Below, piece by piece: positions 9,190-18,946 of a DNA stretch of 62,685 nt. The stretch's first letter is position 1; each line of letters begins with the position of its first letter. This DNA comes from a virus (lineage: Duplodnaviria > Caudoviricetes): the IMG/VR virus record IMGVR_UViG_3300037354_000009, positions 1 through 62,685 of that record; one strand, 5' to 3'. The notes under the pieces are model-generated. The model saw nothing but the letters and a program-made list of their open reading frames with translations. It was not told the origin of the DNA and ran no database searches. The position numbers were made by a program, and so were the translations under genes.

Positions 9190-10242
9190 TTAGGCTGTCT
9201 CTTTAGGGAGGTCGAACGAACTCGACTTCTCTTTTTGCTTGGCTTCTACGATAGACCGAAGCCTATCTGCCTTGTCCTTTGCTTCTGGTGAAGCATCGGA
9301 ACTGCAACCTGCCTCAGCGATCTTCTTGAGGTAGGCCCTCGCCGCAGCCACCTTCACAGATGAGATTTTGGTCCCAGCTGCATCAGTGTTGGAGAGGTTG
9401 TTCTGAAGGACAGTATCCGTCGTCTTCTTCTGAGCTGGTTCGTCTAGAACCTCACCCATCCGCTCTTTGGGCTCTGCCTTCGCATCACGCTTAGTGTAGT
9501 TGATTGCTGCTGTAAGTGAATCGATCAGCTTCTCCTGGGACGCAGCAGGTCCTGGAAGAGCTGGAACACCTTCTTCAGATGCAGTTGCCTGTGGTGGGAC
9601 ATCTGCTTCCTTGACGATGTGTAGAACACGAGCTACCTGAGTGGCCCGACCTGCCCGCTTGACCAAAGCTGCAGCAGCTTGCTTGAGGACATCCTTGTCC
9701 TTCCAAGACTCGCTGCCACCGGGTGGGTCATTCTGGGTGGTCTCCATGGCCGTATCAGGGTTGGTCTGGCCTGGTGACTTCACATCAGATCCTGGCTTCA
9801 TTGGGATCACGCCAGTGTTGGCCTGGCCCACAGCTTCAGATTGGACACCAGGAGTAGGCGAATTCTCATTCGTCTCGAAGGCACCTGGGCCTTCACCTGG
9901 ACCAACCTTGGCTTCTGGCTGACCTGTTGGTGTAGGAGGTGTGATCTCTCCTACGGCCTGCTTGAGCAACCAGTTCTGGTTGAGATACTCAATGGCACTG
10001 GCGAGCTTGATCGCCACTGCTGAGGTCTTCTCACCATCTGCTTTGCTGGTTTCATTCCTTTCGGGAACGGTAGCAGGGTTGTTGGGAGAGGCATTGGCAG
10101 CGCTTGGCTCCTTACCCTTCCCATCGTTGATATCTGTATCTTCTCCGTTGGCTGCGGCATCGCCGTCTGCTGCTGCTAGCTTCTCACGTTCTTCAGCCTC
10201 AGCCAGCGCCGTAGCAACCATTGCTTGTAGCGAGATGTGCAT
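9190..10242 (-). CDS. putative scaffold/core protein, K-x-A-rich
   Basis: start at ATG 10242 (RBS GGAGG); disordered acidic linkers with EKLA, IKLA, LKQA x2, VKRA, VKEA, VKVA, KKIA. Confidence 0.6.
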   Translation of the reverse strand: MHISLQAMVATALAEAEEREKLAAADGDAAANGEDTDINDGKGKEPSAANASPNNPATVPERNETSKADGEKTSAVAIKLASAIEYLNQNWLLKQAVGEITPPTPTGQPEAKVGPGEGPGAFETNENSPTPGVQSEAVGQANTGVIPMKPGSDVKSPGQTNPDTAMETTQNDPPGGSESWKDKDVLKQAAAALVKRAGRATQVARVLHIVKEADVPPQATASEEGVPALPGPAASQEKLIDSLTAAINYTKRDAKAEPKERMGEVLDEPAQKKTTDTVLQNNLSNTDAAGTKISSVKVAAARAYLKKIAEAGCSSDASPEAKDKADRLRSIVEAKQKEKSSSFDLPKETA

Positions 10243-10283
10243 CGAATCCTCCGAGTACAAAATTAGGTGGCAGTTGCTGCCGA

Positions 10284-10565
10284 CTACACTCCACCTACAT
10301 CATTCACCCCTACGCCCATAGACGCTGGGGGTGTGGAGAAGTTAGGCTGAGAGTAGTTCTGGCTGGGACCATACTTAGCTGCCGGTGTTACGAGCTTGGG
10401 AGACATGGGACCGGGGGCAGTCGGCGCTTTTGGGAACTGGGCTGGAGTGATCTTAGACCTTGGTGCTCCGACAGTCTTGGTTCCCCAAGGGCTGTCCATG
10501 GAGCGGGCCAAACCACCCAGCTTCTCCAGTTCTTCAAAAAACGCCGACATACCGATCCCAGTCAT
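10284..10565 (-). CDS. small Pro-rich virion protein with N-terminal AFFEELEKLG motif
   Basis: 93 aa ORF filling gap in the head operon. Confidence 0.55.
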   Translation of the reverse strand: MTGIGMSAFFEELEKLGGLARSMDSPWGTKTVGAPRSKITPAQFPKAPTAPGPMSPKLVTPAAKYGPSQNYSQPNFSTPPASMGVGVNDVGGV

Positions 10566-10571
10566 TGGGTG

Positions 10572-11468
10572 TTATTCATTCCACTGAACTGGAACGCCCT
10601 CTGCCTCAAGCATCTGTAGAGCACGACGCTCAATCTCGATCTCGAGAGTAGAAGCAGTCTTCTCCTCAGGAGTCTCATCTACTTGTGGAGGAGCAAGGTT
10701 GCCCTCTGTATCAACCCAGCCAGCTTCCTTGGCCAGCTCCCAGGCGCGCTCAGAGGCCAAAGCATCGAGTGCCGAGGACTCCTTCTTCTTGCCGCCCACT
10801 GCCTTGCTGACACCTACGCCAGCGGCACCAGCTCCTGCGGCGATACCTGTCCGGGTACCCCAGACCTTGGCGCGCTCCTTGTTGAGCTCGCTCTTCATGT
10901 TTGCACCAGTGGCGACGCCACCGTGACTCTTGGCTGCGTGATCTGCCAGCGCCACTGGGGAATTCTTGAACTTGTTCAAGGTGTCGCCCTTAGCGAGGTC
11001 CATGGCACGGCTGCCCTTGACCTTGTCGAGGACGGCCTTGCCTGCGTCAGAGACGTCCTTACCACGCTTCTTGGCGAATTCGCCGGCGTGGAACAGAGCG
11101 TTCCTGACCTTGTCGGATACCACTCCGGCCTGCTTCTGGATCTCAGTGAGCTCTTGATTGAACGAGTGAGCCATCACGCGGCCAAGGAAGTCAGCTTCTG
11201 CCACCTTCTCTGCTGCGTCCTTCTCACCAGACTCAGAGGACTCCTTGGACTCCTTCGACTCTGCTGTCTCCTTCGATTCCTTTGGAGGGAACTCTGCAGT
11301 CTTCTGCAGTTCGCTGACCATATTGGCCACTTCAGCATCGCTGAACTGACTCAGATCAACATTGTTATCCTCAGCCAACTTCACAAGAAGTTCTGCAGCG
11401 GCCAACTTTACCTGATCGTCTTCGGCGCTGCTACCAGTGCCATAGATCTCTGCCAATTGTGCGTCCAT
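10572..11468 (-). CDS. putative scaffold/core protein with Gly-rich hydrophobic insert
   Basis: 298 aa; VKLA x2, QKTA, EKVA, QKQA, AKEA, EKTA; RBS CAGGAG. Confidence 0.6.
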   Translation of the reverse strand: MDAQLAEIYGTGSSAEDDQVKLAAAELLVKLAEDNNVDLSQFSDAEVANMVSELQKTAEFPPKESKETAESKESKESSESGEKDAAEKVAEADFLGRVMAHSFNQELTEIQKQAGVVSDKVRNALFHAGEFAKKRGKDVSDAGKAVLDKVKGSRAMDLAKGDTLNKFKNSPVALADHAAKSHGGVATGANMKSELNKERAKVWGTRTGIAAGAGAAGVGVSKAVGGKKKESSALDALASERAWELAKEAGWVDTEGNLAPPQVDETPEEKTASTLEIEIERRALQMLEAEGVPVQWNE

Positions 11469-11543
11469 GTGTGATCTCCTGAATTCTCGGTTTGTTTCGG
11501 TTCGTTCGGTGATCTGTTTCCTCGAGGTACGAAGCCTCTAACC

Positions 11544-13325
11544 TCACCGAGAAATGACTTTCTTCCCTATCCCAACCAATTTTGCTAGTAAATCCTTCGG
11601 AAGGGAAGAACCTTCTGCATGTAAAATACCCAGGGCGGCTAGTGAAGCCAGAGCGTGTGGATGGCTAGCAAGCAGATCTTCTACGATACCAGCTTGTTCA
11701 CCTTGAAGCTCCTGCCTCTTTACATCACGCCTAGCCATCATAGAGATGGCTTCCGCAGCAATAGCAGCCCCTATTACGTGAGCTGTTTCAACTGTCGCTG
11801 TCTTGAACAAGGCATCTGCTACACCAGATCGATGTACAGCACTCCACAGACCAGAATCTGTTTCCACTACCGAGGGCACATCCTTCAAACAAGAAGCAGC
11901 TCCTCGTATGTACCCGTTGTACATAGCGGCAATCTTCTGCATGAATGGGTGCGAAGAAGTCTTCTGAAGAGATGGCTCTTCCTTGGGCCCGCCCATGATA
12001 GTGATGCGAACCATACGTCTCTTAGCTACTGGCTCAAGGGAGCTTCTACCTTCCAAGAGAGGCATCAACAGCTTCTTGATCACGTCACTGAAGTGACCCG
12101 AGCCCATGTCTGCCGGTGACTCATCCTCATCACTATGAGGAAAAACGATACCCTTATTGTCCAGCTCATCAGCCAAAGGCTTGTTGCCCATGCTGATGAT
12201 GGTGATCCTTTGAAACTCACGTGGCCGCAGGAGCATGCCCATCATGGTTGGTGTGGAGAGAGACTCGCTCAGATCTCCTTTGCCCAGCGTATCCAGTATA
12301 TCGTTAGGGATGTCGTCTTTAGCTGGTACTGCTTTACCTCCAAACTGGGAAGGTACGACGTCCTTTTCGATTTCTCCTGACTTGATCTCGGACGCTGACT
12401 TGACCCTGGGTAACACGGTGCCGACCGAAGCAGCTTTTTCCATAGGTTCTTCCCCATAGCCGACTTCCTCTGCCACCTGCCACGATGGAACCGTCTCTCC
12501 CTGGAAAGACACAGAGGCGAGCTTTGCCATCACCTTAGCCGTCTTGTCAGCCCCTATGAACACCACAGAGATATCGAAGAACCTGGGGTAGTCGTTGATG
12601 GCGTAGTTCTTCATGCCGTTGGGCATGATCTTGTTGAGCGCCTTCCTCAGGTGCTCACAATAGTCATTCCTGGTGATCGAGACTCCACGAATAAGACGAA
12701 CCTTGTGTACCTCTAGCACAGCTGCCGATACGCTCTTGTGCTTCGACGGATCGAAGGTAGCTTTGGCCTCTTCGTAGCGTTTCCAGTCAGTACAGTTGGA
12801 GCACAGATCGTAGGGGACCTTGCACCCCATGGACACGTCTGGGTAGATGCCTTGATCTAGCTTGTCACAGACATCAGTAGCACCAAACTGTAGAGCTCTG
12901 TCACGGTCTACCTCTATGACTAGCTCCACCCTCTTCATGTGGTCATGCCAAGCAGACAGCATGATGTTACCGAAGCTACGAAACGGGTCCTTGTTCACGT
13001 GGTGCTTGAACAGACCCGCAGTCCTGAACGTCTCGTATCCGTAGTCTGGGCCCCTGTGTATCAGCGCAGTCTCTGGGAAGTAGTCCCCATTGATATTCGA
13101 ACCCCAGTATTCACCTGCGCCAAGGGCATTCACCAGGATGTAGATCTTCCTGGGGTTAGGTCTAATGGTCTCAAGCAGATCACGCACGGAGGGGAGCAAA
13201 GGAGCTGCAGTCTTCCCCATACTAAAGAAAGATGCAGCCTTCTCCATCTCCCCTGGCTGGAAGACCTCTACAAGCCTTTCGCCGTGCTGACGGTGTGCTT
13301 GAAACTGACAGACCTTAATGATCAT
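11544..13325 (-). CDS. prohead (capsid maturation) serine protease with Cys/His cluster
   Basis: NINGDYF, FKHHVNK (His), DVSMGC (Ser), CSNC...YCEH, FFDISVVFIGADKTA; position upstream of scaffold and capsid genes. Confidence 0.65.
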   Translation of the reverse strand: MIIKVCQFQAHRQHGERLVEVFQPGEMEKAASFFSMGKTAAPLLPSVRDLLETIRPNPRKIYILVNALGAGEYWGSNINGDYFPETALIHRGPDYGYETFRTAGLFKHHVNKDPFRSFGNIMLSAWHDHMKRVELVIEVDRDRALQFGATDVCDKLDQGIYPDVSMGCKVPYDLCSNCTDWKRYEEAKATFDPSKHKSVSAAVLEVHKVRLIRGVSITRNDYCEHLRKALNKIMPNGMKNYAINDYPRFFDISVVFIGADKTAKVMAKLASVSFQGETVPSWQVAEEVGYGEEPMEKAASVGTVLPRVKSASEIKSGEIEKDVVPSQFGGKAVPAKDDIPNDILDTLGKGDLSESLSTPTMMGMLLRPREFQRITIISMGNKPLADELDNKGIVFPHSDEDESPADMGSGHFSDVIKKLLMPLLEGRSSLEPVAKRRMVRITIMGGPKEEPSLQKTSSHPFMQKIAAMYNGYIRGAASCLKDVPSVVETDSGLWSAVHRSGVADALFKTATVETAHVIGAAIAAEAISMMARRDVKRQELQGEQAGIVEDLLASHPHALASLAALGILHAEGSSLPKDLLAKLVGIGKKVISR

Positions 13326-13327
13326 GG

Positions 13328-13981
13328 TTAGTCATCTACACCGGGACGACTGGGAGCATGTGAGTGCCCACCAGCATGTTCCTCTTTTTTGGAACTCTCT
13401 CTTGCTGCACGCTCAGGTGCCCTCATACCGTGTTCGAACATGGATTTCTGAGCGCCGCCGACCCCTCCAGATACGAAGCCTGGGAACTGAGACTCGTTAT
13501 GTCCACGTGCACCAGATACAGACTTCTGTGTATCAGCAAGCATCTTAGCCGTGTCCATAGGAACAGCCACACTACCCTCGTTCCCACGCTCTAGAAGATT
13601 GCGAACGAAAGAGCCAGCAATCACAGGGTCCTTGGCCATGTGTGGAGACATGTGCCTGAGTGAATTATAGAGCGCCTGTACCTTGGCAGCATCCTGCTGT
13701 TGAAGCTCTGGATGAGCCTCTAGCATTGCCTTGTACTCCATAGGCTTCTTCCACTTGTCTATGCCCATGCCGATCAACTTACGAAGACCACCTAGGGCAG
13801 CTTCACCGCCCATGGTGACTCCACCCACTGCAGCACCTGCAGTAAGCTGATTACCTAGGACATTGGCGAAGGTGTCCATCCCACCGGCACCAACAGCAGG
13901 CTGAAACTTCATACCACTCCACAACGATCCCCCAAAGCCAGCAGTTTTCTTCAGTGAGAGGAACTCTTCTACAGGGTTCAT
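13328..13981 (-). CDS. putative virion cargo/ejection protein
   Basis: N-terminal EEFLSLKKTAG then Gly-rich hydrophobic segment. Confidence 0.6.
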   Translation of the reverse strand: MNPVEEFLSLKKTAGFGGSLWSGMKFQPAVGAGGMDTFANVLGNQLTAGAAVGGVTMGGEAALGGLRKLIGMGIDKWKKPMEYKAMLEAHPELQQQDAAKVQALYNSLRHMSPHMAKDPVIAGSFVRNLLERGNEGSVAVPMDTAKMLADTQKSVSGARGHNESQFPGFVSGGVGGAQKSMFEHGMRAPERAARESSKKEEHAGGHSHAPSRPGVDD

Positions 13982-14298
13982 TGGTAACCTCCAGCAGCCA
14001 TCTGTTTACGGAGCACACGCTCCTTGTTCCAGTCGGACACACCCTTCAGGGTCTTGTATGCGCCATACGTGGCCACGCCAACTGGAAGTGCGTGAACAGC
14101 ACCCGAAAGGATCTTGGGAGCTTTCACAGAATCAAGGTGCTCAGCCATAGCCTGTGAACCCTTGTTGGCAGCGTCCCACACGTGGCCAACACCCCTACGA
14201 GCCGATCCAAGCAGGTCCCTAACGCCAGTAGACTTGGCTTCTGCAGCTGTCTTAGTTCGAAGAACAGCTAGGGCTGTTCTGACCTTTGGTGTGCTCAT
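13978..14298 (-). CDS. small virion protein with hydrophobic segment
   Basis: start at ATG 14298 (ATGA overlap with upstream gene); RTKTAA motif. Confidence 0.55.
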   Translation of the reverse strand: MSTPKVRTALAVLRTKTAAEAKSTGVRDLLGSARRGVGHVWDAANKGSQAMAEHLDSVKAPKILSGAVHALPVGVATYGAYKTLKGVSDWNKERVLRKQMAAGGYQ

Positions 14299-14477
14299 GT
14301 TTTGGCCCTCGCCTCTTCTAGACTCCGTTGCCAATCTTCTACGCGCTTGCGTTCTTTGATGGGGCACTGCCAGTGGGAGCTACAGATCTTTACTCCGATC
14401 CATGGCCCCAACACAGACCATACTGTGAACCACAATATGATCAGGACTAGTGCCCATACTGGAAGATGGACAGTCAT
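14295..14477 (-). CDS. small single-pass membrane protein
   Basis: 60 aa, VWALVLIILWFTVWSVLG; coupled to both neighbours (TAATG, ATGA). Confidence 0.6.
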   Translation of the reverse strand: MTVHLPVWALVLIILWFTVWSVLGPWIGVKICSSHWQCPIKERKRVEDWQRSLEEARAKT

Positions 14478-15406
14478 TAGCGTACCAACTCGTGCAACTT
14501 CTTGTTGGCACCCACCAGCTGCTCATCCAAGATCTTGATAGATGTGTCCAGCACCCGGCAGGCATGAGCCGCCTTGGTGAAGGCCACGTAGCTAGCGATC
14601 ACTGGGTGTGCTGGGTTTGGGATCACTCCAGCCACCTTGGCCATCAAAGTCAGCTCTTTGTGCCCACGAGCCCGAAGATGATTGGCCACCTTCATCATGG
14701 CCTCCTTGTACAACCGAGCATCCTCAGTGTACCCGCTCCAGGCCCTGGCAATGTCTCCAAGCTGAGTACCCGTCTCTACAGCCTGAGTAACTGTGTCACA
14801 TAGGTCTTTGGCTAAGCCACCATAGAAGATTCTAGCAGAGGCCAACTTACTGGTGGCATCTTCCTTTGCCCTCTCCAACCCCAACCTCAGATCGTTCACA
14901 TCGTCTGCAGGATCAATGTGGCTAGCGTGATCCCTAGTGCGACTAACAGCAGAAGCCGTCTTAACATTCTCTGTCGAGAACCCAAAAGCCTCTGCAATCT
15001 TACTCATCCCGTCTGCTGAGGCAGTTTTGTAGGACAATGCCGGAGCCTGATAGTCGTCATTGCCGATGTTGTTGAGGGCAGGATTGCCACCGTCATTTAG
15101 GTCCTTGAGGACGTAGCCAGGATCTGCTGGACCACCGGTAAAGGTCACGTTGCGCATCTCGCCAGCCTTCTCGAACTCCGATAGGTAGGCGCTTGTGTTT
15201 GCGAACTCACAAACCCGCTTTACCTGCTCCGGGGAGAGGCACGCCTCTTTTACCGTAGCCACGACCGCCTCTGAAAGACTATGTTTTCCGTCTCCGTACA
15301 GGGCAGCCGCTTTCTTACCCATCAGCTCAAGCTGTTCCGGGTCTACTGACTTGGCGGCTCTCTGCAAGGACAGACCAAGTGGAAGAGCTCCTGGTGCATC
15401 ACTCAT
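14477..15406 (-). CDS. putative head core protein, K-x-A-rich; first gene of head operon
   Basis: 309 aa; LSPEQVKRVCEFAN; YKTA, SKIA, VKTA, SKLA, AKVA. Confidence 0.6.
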   Translation of the reverse strand: MSDAPGALPLGLSLQRAAKSVDPEQLELMGKKAAALYGDGKHSLSEAVVATVKEACLSPEQVKRVCEFANTSAYLSEFEKAGEMRNVTFTGGPADPGYVLKDLNDGGNPALNNIGNDDYQAPALSYKTASADGMSKIAEAFGFSTENVKTASAVSRTRDHASHIDPADDVNDLRLGLERAKEDATSKLASARIFYGGLAKDLCDTVTQAVETGTQLGDIARAWSGYTEDARLYKEAMMKVANHLRARGHKELTLMAKVAGVIPNPAHPVIASYVAFTKAAHACRVLDTSIKILDEQLVGANKKLHELVR

Positions 15407-15425
15407 GGGATTCCCCTTTGTGGAT

Positions 15426-15466
15426 AGAATAGGTAGTTGACTGCATGCATGTCAACCCCGCAGAAT
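15426..15466. promoter_or_regulatory. overlapping divergent sigma70-like promoters centred on a palindrome
   Basis: minus strand TTGACA(15455-15450)-N18-TATTCT(15431-15426); plus strand TTGACT(15437-15442)-N18-CAGAAT(15461-15466); palindrome GTTGAC-TGCATGCAT-GTCAAC. Confidence 0.65.
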
Positions 15467-15491
15467 CAAAACTCATCTCTACAGAGATAAC

Positions 15492-16022
15492 ATGAAGCAC
15501 GACGACTTGGGAAGCAAACAGGAAGCAGAGCACCTCCGCAGGTTGATGGACGCCAGAATAGCCAACCTCGAGAAGCAGATGGCCTTCCTTCTCCGAATCA
15601 ACGGCCTAGATCTGTCAGCCTTCCGTACAGCCACTGATGAGCAGTTACTAGAGATCTACCGTGGTTCCGTGAGCCTAATCTCCGTGATCAACAAAGGTGT
15701 AGATCTGGAGGTCATAGAACGGTGGTCTGAGTACTTTGTTCAGTTCTCTGAATACGAATTCACCCGACTGCAGCCCCTAGTATCCTTTGACCACACTTGG
15801 GAGCCATTCTTCCTCCTGTGCACCAAGATGATGACCCAAGTAAGGCACGATAAGCGCATGGGCGAGAACACCTCTATTCAGCAGCTTTATGCCGTCCTGG
15901 ACAAGGGTAGGAGAAACCTCAGGGACGCGGCCATCCTTATGTGCCGCAAGTACCCCGATACCCTAACAGCCAAGGGTAAGGTGATCTTAAAGGACAACAA
16001 CCTGCTGGCAGACCTCCAATAG
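15492..16022 (+). CDS. hypothetical protein, divergently transcribed from head operon
   Basis: 176 aa helical ORF with ATG start. Confidence 0.65.
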   Translation: MKHDDLGSKQEAEHLRRLMDARIANLEKQMAFLLRINGLDLSAFRTATDEQLLEIYRGSVSLISVINKGVDLEVIERWSEYFVQFSEYEFTRLQPLVSFDHTWEPFFLLCTKMMTQVRHDKRMGENTSIQQLYAVLDKGRRNLRDAAILMCRKYPDTLTAKGKVILKDNNLLADLQ

Positions 16023-16023
16023 C

Positions 16024-16052
16024 GCAAAACAGGCTGTTTTCCTGGGTATAAG
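16024..16052 (+). promoter_or_regulatory. phage promoter class A
   Basis: GCAAAA-N17-TATAAG (GGGTATAAGGATA); followed by hairpin CTGCTACA/TGTAGCAG and RBS. Confidence 0.8.
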
Positions 16053-16105
16053 GATACTGCTACAGGAAACGCTATTCTAACGATGGCGTGTAGCAGGAGG
16101 ACACT

Positions 16106-16411
16106 ATGCGTACACCCAAGAGTCAGAACCAAGGTCAGAAGGTTGCTACTCAAGACTCTATGACCCAAGCCGGGCTTCAAATCTCCCAGGCCACGCTTCA
16201 GGGCTACTTTGACAACCAAAAGGCCCAGGCTGATGCCGTCATCGCCTTCTTCAAGGACATGATGAGCTCCACCGTTCCGCTCGTGATGGCCGCCATTTCA
16301 ATGAAGGAGCGAGAATGCGCCTCCAGGATCGAAGTGGCCAAGTTGGAGCTGGAACGGGCCAAGCTCGAGAACCCGTCTGCCAAACGCCGTACCAGCAGTG
16401 ACGTTTCCTAG
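16106..16411 (+). CDS. hypothetical (probable early) protein
   Basis: 101 aa; RBS CAGGAGGACACT-ATG; own promoter and terminator. Confidence 0.75.
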   Translation: MRTPKSQNQGQKVATQDSMTQAGLQISQATLQGYFDNQKAQADAVIAFFKDMMSSTVPLVMAAISMKERECASRIEVAKLELERAKLENPSAKRRTSSDVS

Positions 16412-16430
16412 ACAACGGTCATGACCCAGG

Positions 16431-16463
16431 TTGACCCCGTCCAAACGGATCGGGGTCAATTTT
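16431..16463 (+). terminator. intrinsic terminator
   Basis: TTGACCCCG-TCC-AAAC-GGA-T-CGGGGTCAA then TTTT. Confidence 0.7.
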
Positions 16464-16525
16464 AGCCCCCAAAATAGGCCAAAATGGGGCGTTTTGGGCC
16501 CCCTATGGGATACCCCTCCAAACAG

Positions 16526-16554
16526 TGAAAAACATGGGTTTGGGTGGGTATAAG
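16526..16554 (+). promoter_or_regulatory. phage promoter class A
   Basis: TGAAAA-N17-TATAAG (GGGTATAAGGATATTG). Confidence 0.8.
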
Positions 16555-16614
16555 GATATTGAAGCAGGAAAGGATAGTCCGATCTTGTGGCCCAAAACTG
16601 ACCAGGAGGACACT

Positions 16615-17043
16615 ATGGAAACTGAAGAGAACTACACCATGAACAAGACCACCATCAAAGCCATCATCGCCAAGCTGGCCAGCACCAACCTCTCCGCTGA
16701 GGACTCGGAGAGTATCAAGAAAGACTTCGCATCCTTGTCCGACGAAGACAAGGACACCCTGCGGGCTAACCTCTCCACCTTCGGCTTCTACAAGAAGGGT
16801 GGGGCCTGGAATGCCGGAATGATAACCGAGTTCGGAGACCTTCTGCGACCCAACATCGGGGTGCACGAGACGGTCAAGGCCGCCGTCAACCTGGGCCTCA
16901 AGGGCTTGGGTATCGGTACTGGCGGCTACCTGGCATATCAGGGCGGCAAGGCCGTGCTCGAGAAGATGGGCGTGGTGGGTGTTACCAGCACGGGGCTGGC
17001 GGCGGCAGACACCCTGGGTGCGGCGGCCTTCGGCGATGAGTAG
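16615..17043 (+). CDS. hypothetical (probable early) protein with Gly-rich hydrophobic segment
   Basis: start moved to ATG 16615, RBS CAGGAGGACACT-ATG identical to that of 16106. Confidence 0.75.
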   Translation: METEENYTMNKTTIKAIIAKLASTNLSAEDSESIKKDFASLSDEDKDTLRANLSTFGFYKKGGAWNAGMITEFGDLLRPNIGVHETVKAAVNLGLKGLGIGTGGYLAYQGGKAVLEKMGVVGVTSTGLAAADTLGAAAFGDE

Positions 17044-17052
17044 ATCACAGTA

Positions 17053-17104
17053 GACACACCCTATTCGAATTGGTGTGTCGGGAGAGGCCATCGGGCTTCT
17101 CTTT
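17053..17104. terminator. tandem hairpins between convergent genes, probable terminator
   Basis: GACACACC/GGTGTGTC and GGAGAGGCC-ATCG-GGCTTCTCT-TT. Confidence 0.55.
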
Positions 17105-18914
17105 AGCCGTAATTCTCTGCCAGACCAGTGTCCTGTAGCGGTGCAAAGATATCTGGACGAGGGTTCTCCAGACACGCAGCCAGCAAGCACAGCAGGTGAG
17201 AGTGGAATGCGTCGTCTGTCTTACCAGGCTGCTTCTTGTACTCATTCATCCTGAGCCGCTCGTTATACTCGGTGAAGATGTTGAGCACGTCCTGAGCATG
17301 AGGTTCTTTGTAGTCTTCCCACCTAGGCAAGTCGATCTTCTTAGCCTTCATGGCATTGAACAGATCGCTCATGACCTCAGTCCTATGGGTCATCCAGCGC
17401 TTGAGGTTAGGCTCCCAATAGATCTTCTTTTTCTGCCTCGGATTGTATTGGTACTTCATTACCTTGTGCGCACCAAAGCGCTTGATTAACTTGTCATTGG
17501 GATAGAAGCCACCACCGTAGTCGACCCCTATGATCCTGACCTGCAACTGGGAGCACATCTGAGTGATAATGTCTAGCTGGCGCTCAGGGTCCAGGTCCTG
17601 CCCAGTGAAACGATGGCACCAAAAGATCGTGAAGTTTCCTGACCCCATGTACCCGCCAAAGGATACGTGTGTGTAGGATGCGCTCTCTCCCGGACCCCAG
17701 TCTATCCCAGCGTAGATAGCCCTACCCTGTGCCAGCGTACGGAACTGTTCAATGTCCCCCATCTCCAACTCTGGACGGCAGACAGCCTGCAGCTGAGCCC
17801 TGGTGATTGGACGAACACCAGAGTCATAAGACATACCCAGCTTCTCGTTCATGAACTGAGATCTTGAGTACTGCTCCTGGGCAACAGTAACCTCCTCCCA
17901 GTCCACCCACGGCACCATGATCTGAGGAATACGGTATCCCTCAAAGGTGACCTTGTCCTTATTGTCCACGGTCATGGGCTGCATAGAAGCCCACTGTGCC
18001 TTAGGGTGGCGAGCACTGATCAGCTCACCACACTTGTCACATATCAATCCCTCGGACCCTATGTTCTTCTCAGCCAGTACATTCCAGTGCCACGTACCCG
18101 AGTCACTCGGTAGACCGTGCCTCTCGCAAGGTACAACCCACTCATTCTGAGTAGAGAACTCACTCCAGTAGTGAGCGATGGTGTTGTCCACTGACTTAGG
18201 TGTGCCGGAGTAAAGGAAGAGCTTGTAGCTCGAGTGGAATGCACACTGCTCGATGACTGGGATGTTATCTACCAAGATGTCTTGAAGCTCATCGATCAAC
18301 ACCATATCCGCAGGAATACCACGGACACGGTCTGCTGTGAGGTAGGCGTACCTGAGTCTGATCTGAGAGTAGTTGATGAACTTCTTGAAGAAGACTGCTT
18401 GGTTGATCTTAGATGAGGTGTACGAACGAAGCATAGGTGAGGAGTCGATGACGTCCTTGATGCGGTCGTTCGAGAAGACCTTCGCTTGTTCAGCTGAGGG
18501 TGCGACGTACAAAGATCTGAAGTTGTTGGTCAGTGCTGAGTAGCAGAGTAGACGATTGCCTAGGGTGGTGGACTTCTCAACCTGACGACCGCACTGAAGT
18601 AGAACCTTGTTGGCTGGGGTATCATAGATCTTCTTGAGGTACTCACGTCCCTCGAAAGAGAAGTCTGAGATACGACCAGCCTCTGGCACCCTGATAGCAG
18701 TCTCCGCAAACTCAGATGGAGATACTCCAACCAGCTCTTCCATCTGAGCTGCGATCTCATCCTCCTCAGGTTCGAGATCTATTTGAAACTCTTGTGGTTC
18801 TCCTTCCTCGTTGTAGTCAAAGAAGGGTTCCCCTTGTCCATAGGAGACATGGTGAAGTGGAATAGCTCTCGCAGAGCTCAACATCTCAGCTTCATCTAGT
18901 CTGATCGTAGCCAT
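17103..18914 (-). CDS. terL: terminase large subunit (lambda gpA-like)
   Basis: Walker A-like CGRQVEKST, LYVAP, Walker B VLIDELQD, motif III SGTP, CxxC/H zinc pairs, RNase H-like GIDWG and C-terminal DDAFH. Confidence 0.85.
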   Translation of the reverse strand: MATIRLDEAEMLSSARAIPLHHVSYGQGEPFFDYNEEGEPQEFQIDLEPEEDEIAAQMEELVGVSPSEFAETAIRVPEAGRISDFSFEGREYLKKIYDTPANKVLLQCGRQVEKSTTLGNRLLCYSALTNNFRSLYVAPSAEQAKVFSNDRIKDVIDSSPMLRSYTSSKINQAVFFKKFINYSQIRLRYAYLTADRVRGIPADMVLIDELQDILVDNIPVIEQCAFHSSYKLFLYSGTPKSVDNTIAHYWSEFSTQNEWVVPCERHGLPSDSGTWHWNVLAEKNIGSEGLICDKCGELISARHPKAQWASMQPMTVDNKDKVTFEGYRIPQIMVPWVDWEEVTVAQEQYSRSQFMNEKLGMSYDSGVRPITRAQLQAVCRPELEMGDIEQFRTLAQGRAIYAGIDWGPGESASYTHVSFGGYMGSGNFTIFWCHRFTGQDLDPERQLDIITQMCSQLQVRIIGVDYGGGFYPNDKLIKRFGAHKVMKYQYNPRQKKKIYWEPNLKRWMTHRTEVMSDLFNAMKAKKIDLPRWEDYKEPHAQDVLNIFTEYNERLRMNEYKKQPGKTDDAFHSHLLCLLAACLENPRPDIFAPLQDTGLAENYG

Positions 18915-18943
18915 GCAAAAACTTCCTGTGTTCGAGGTATAAG
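18915..18943 (+). promoter_or_regulatory. phage promoter class A, abutting the terL start codon on the opposite strand
   Basis: GCAAAA-N17-TATAAG (AGGTATAAGGATATTG). Confidence 0.75.
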
Positions 18944-18946
18944 GAT

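Noticed and set aside
11476-11540. Short CCGAA-like repeats in the leader of the scaffold gene
   Set aside because: Too short and irregular to distinguish from an unstructured A/C-rich translation leader
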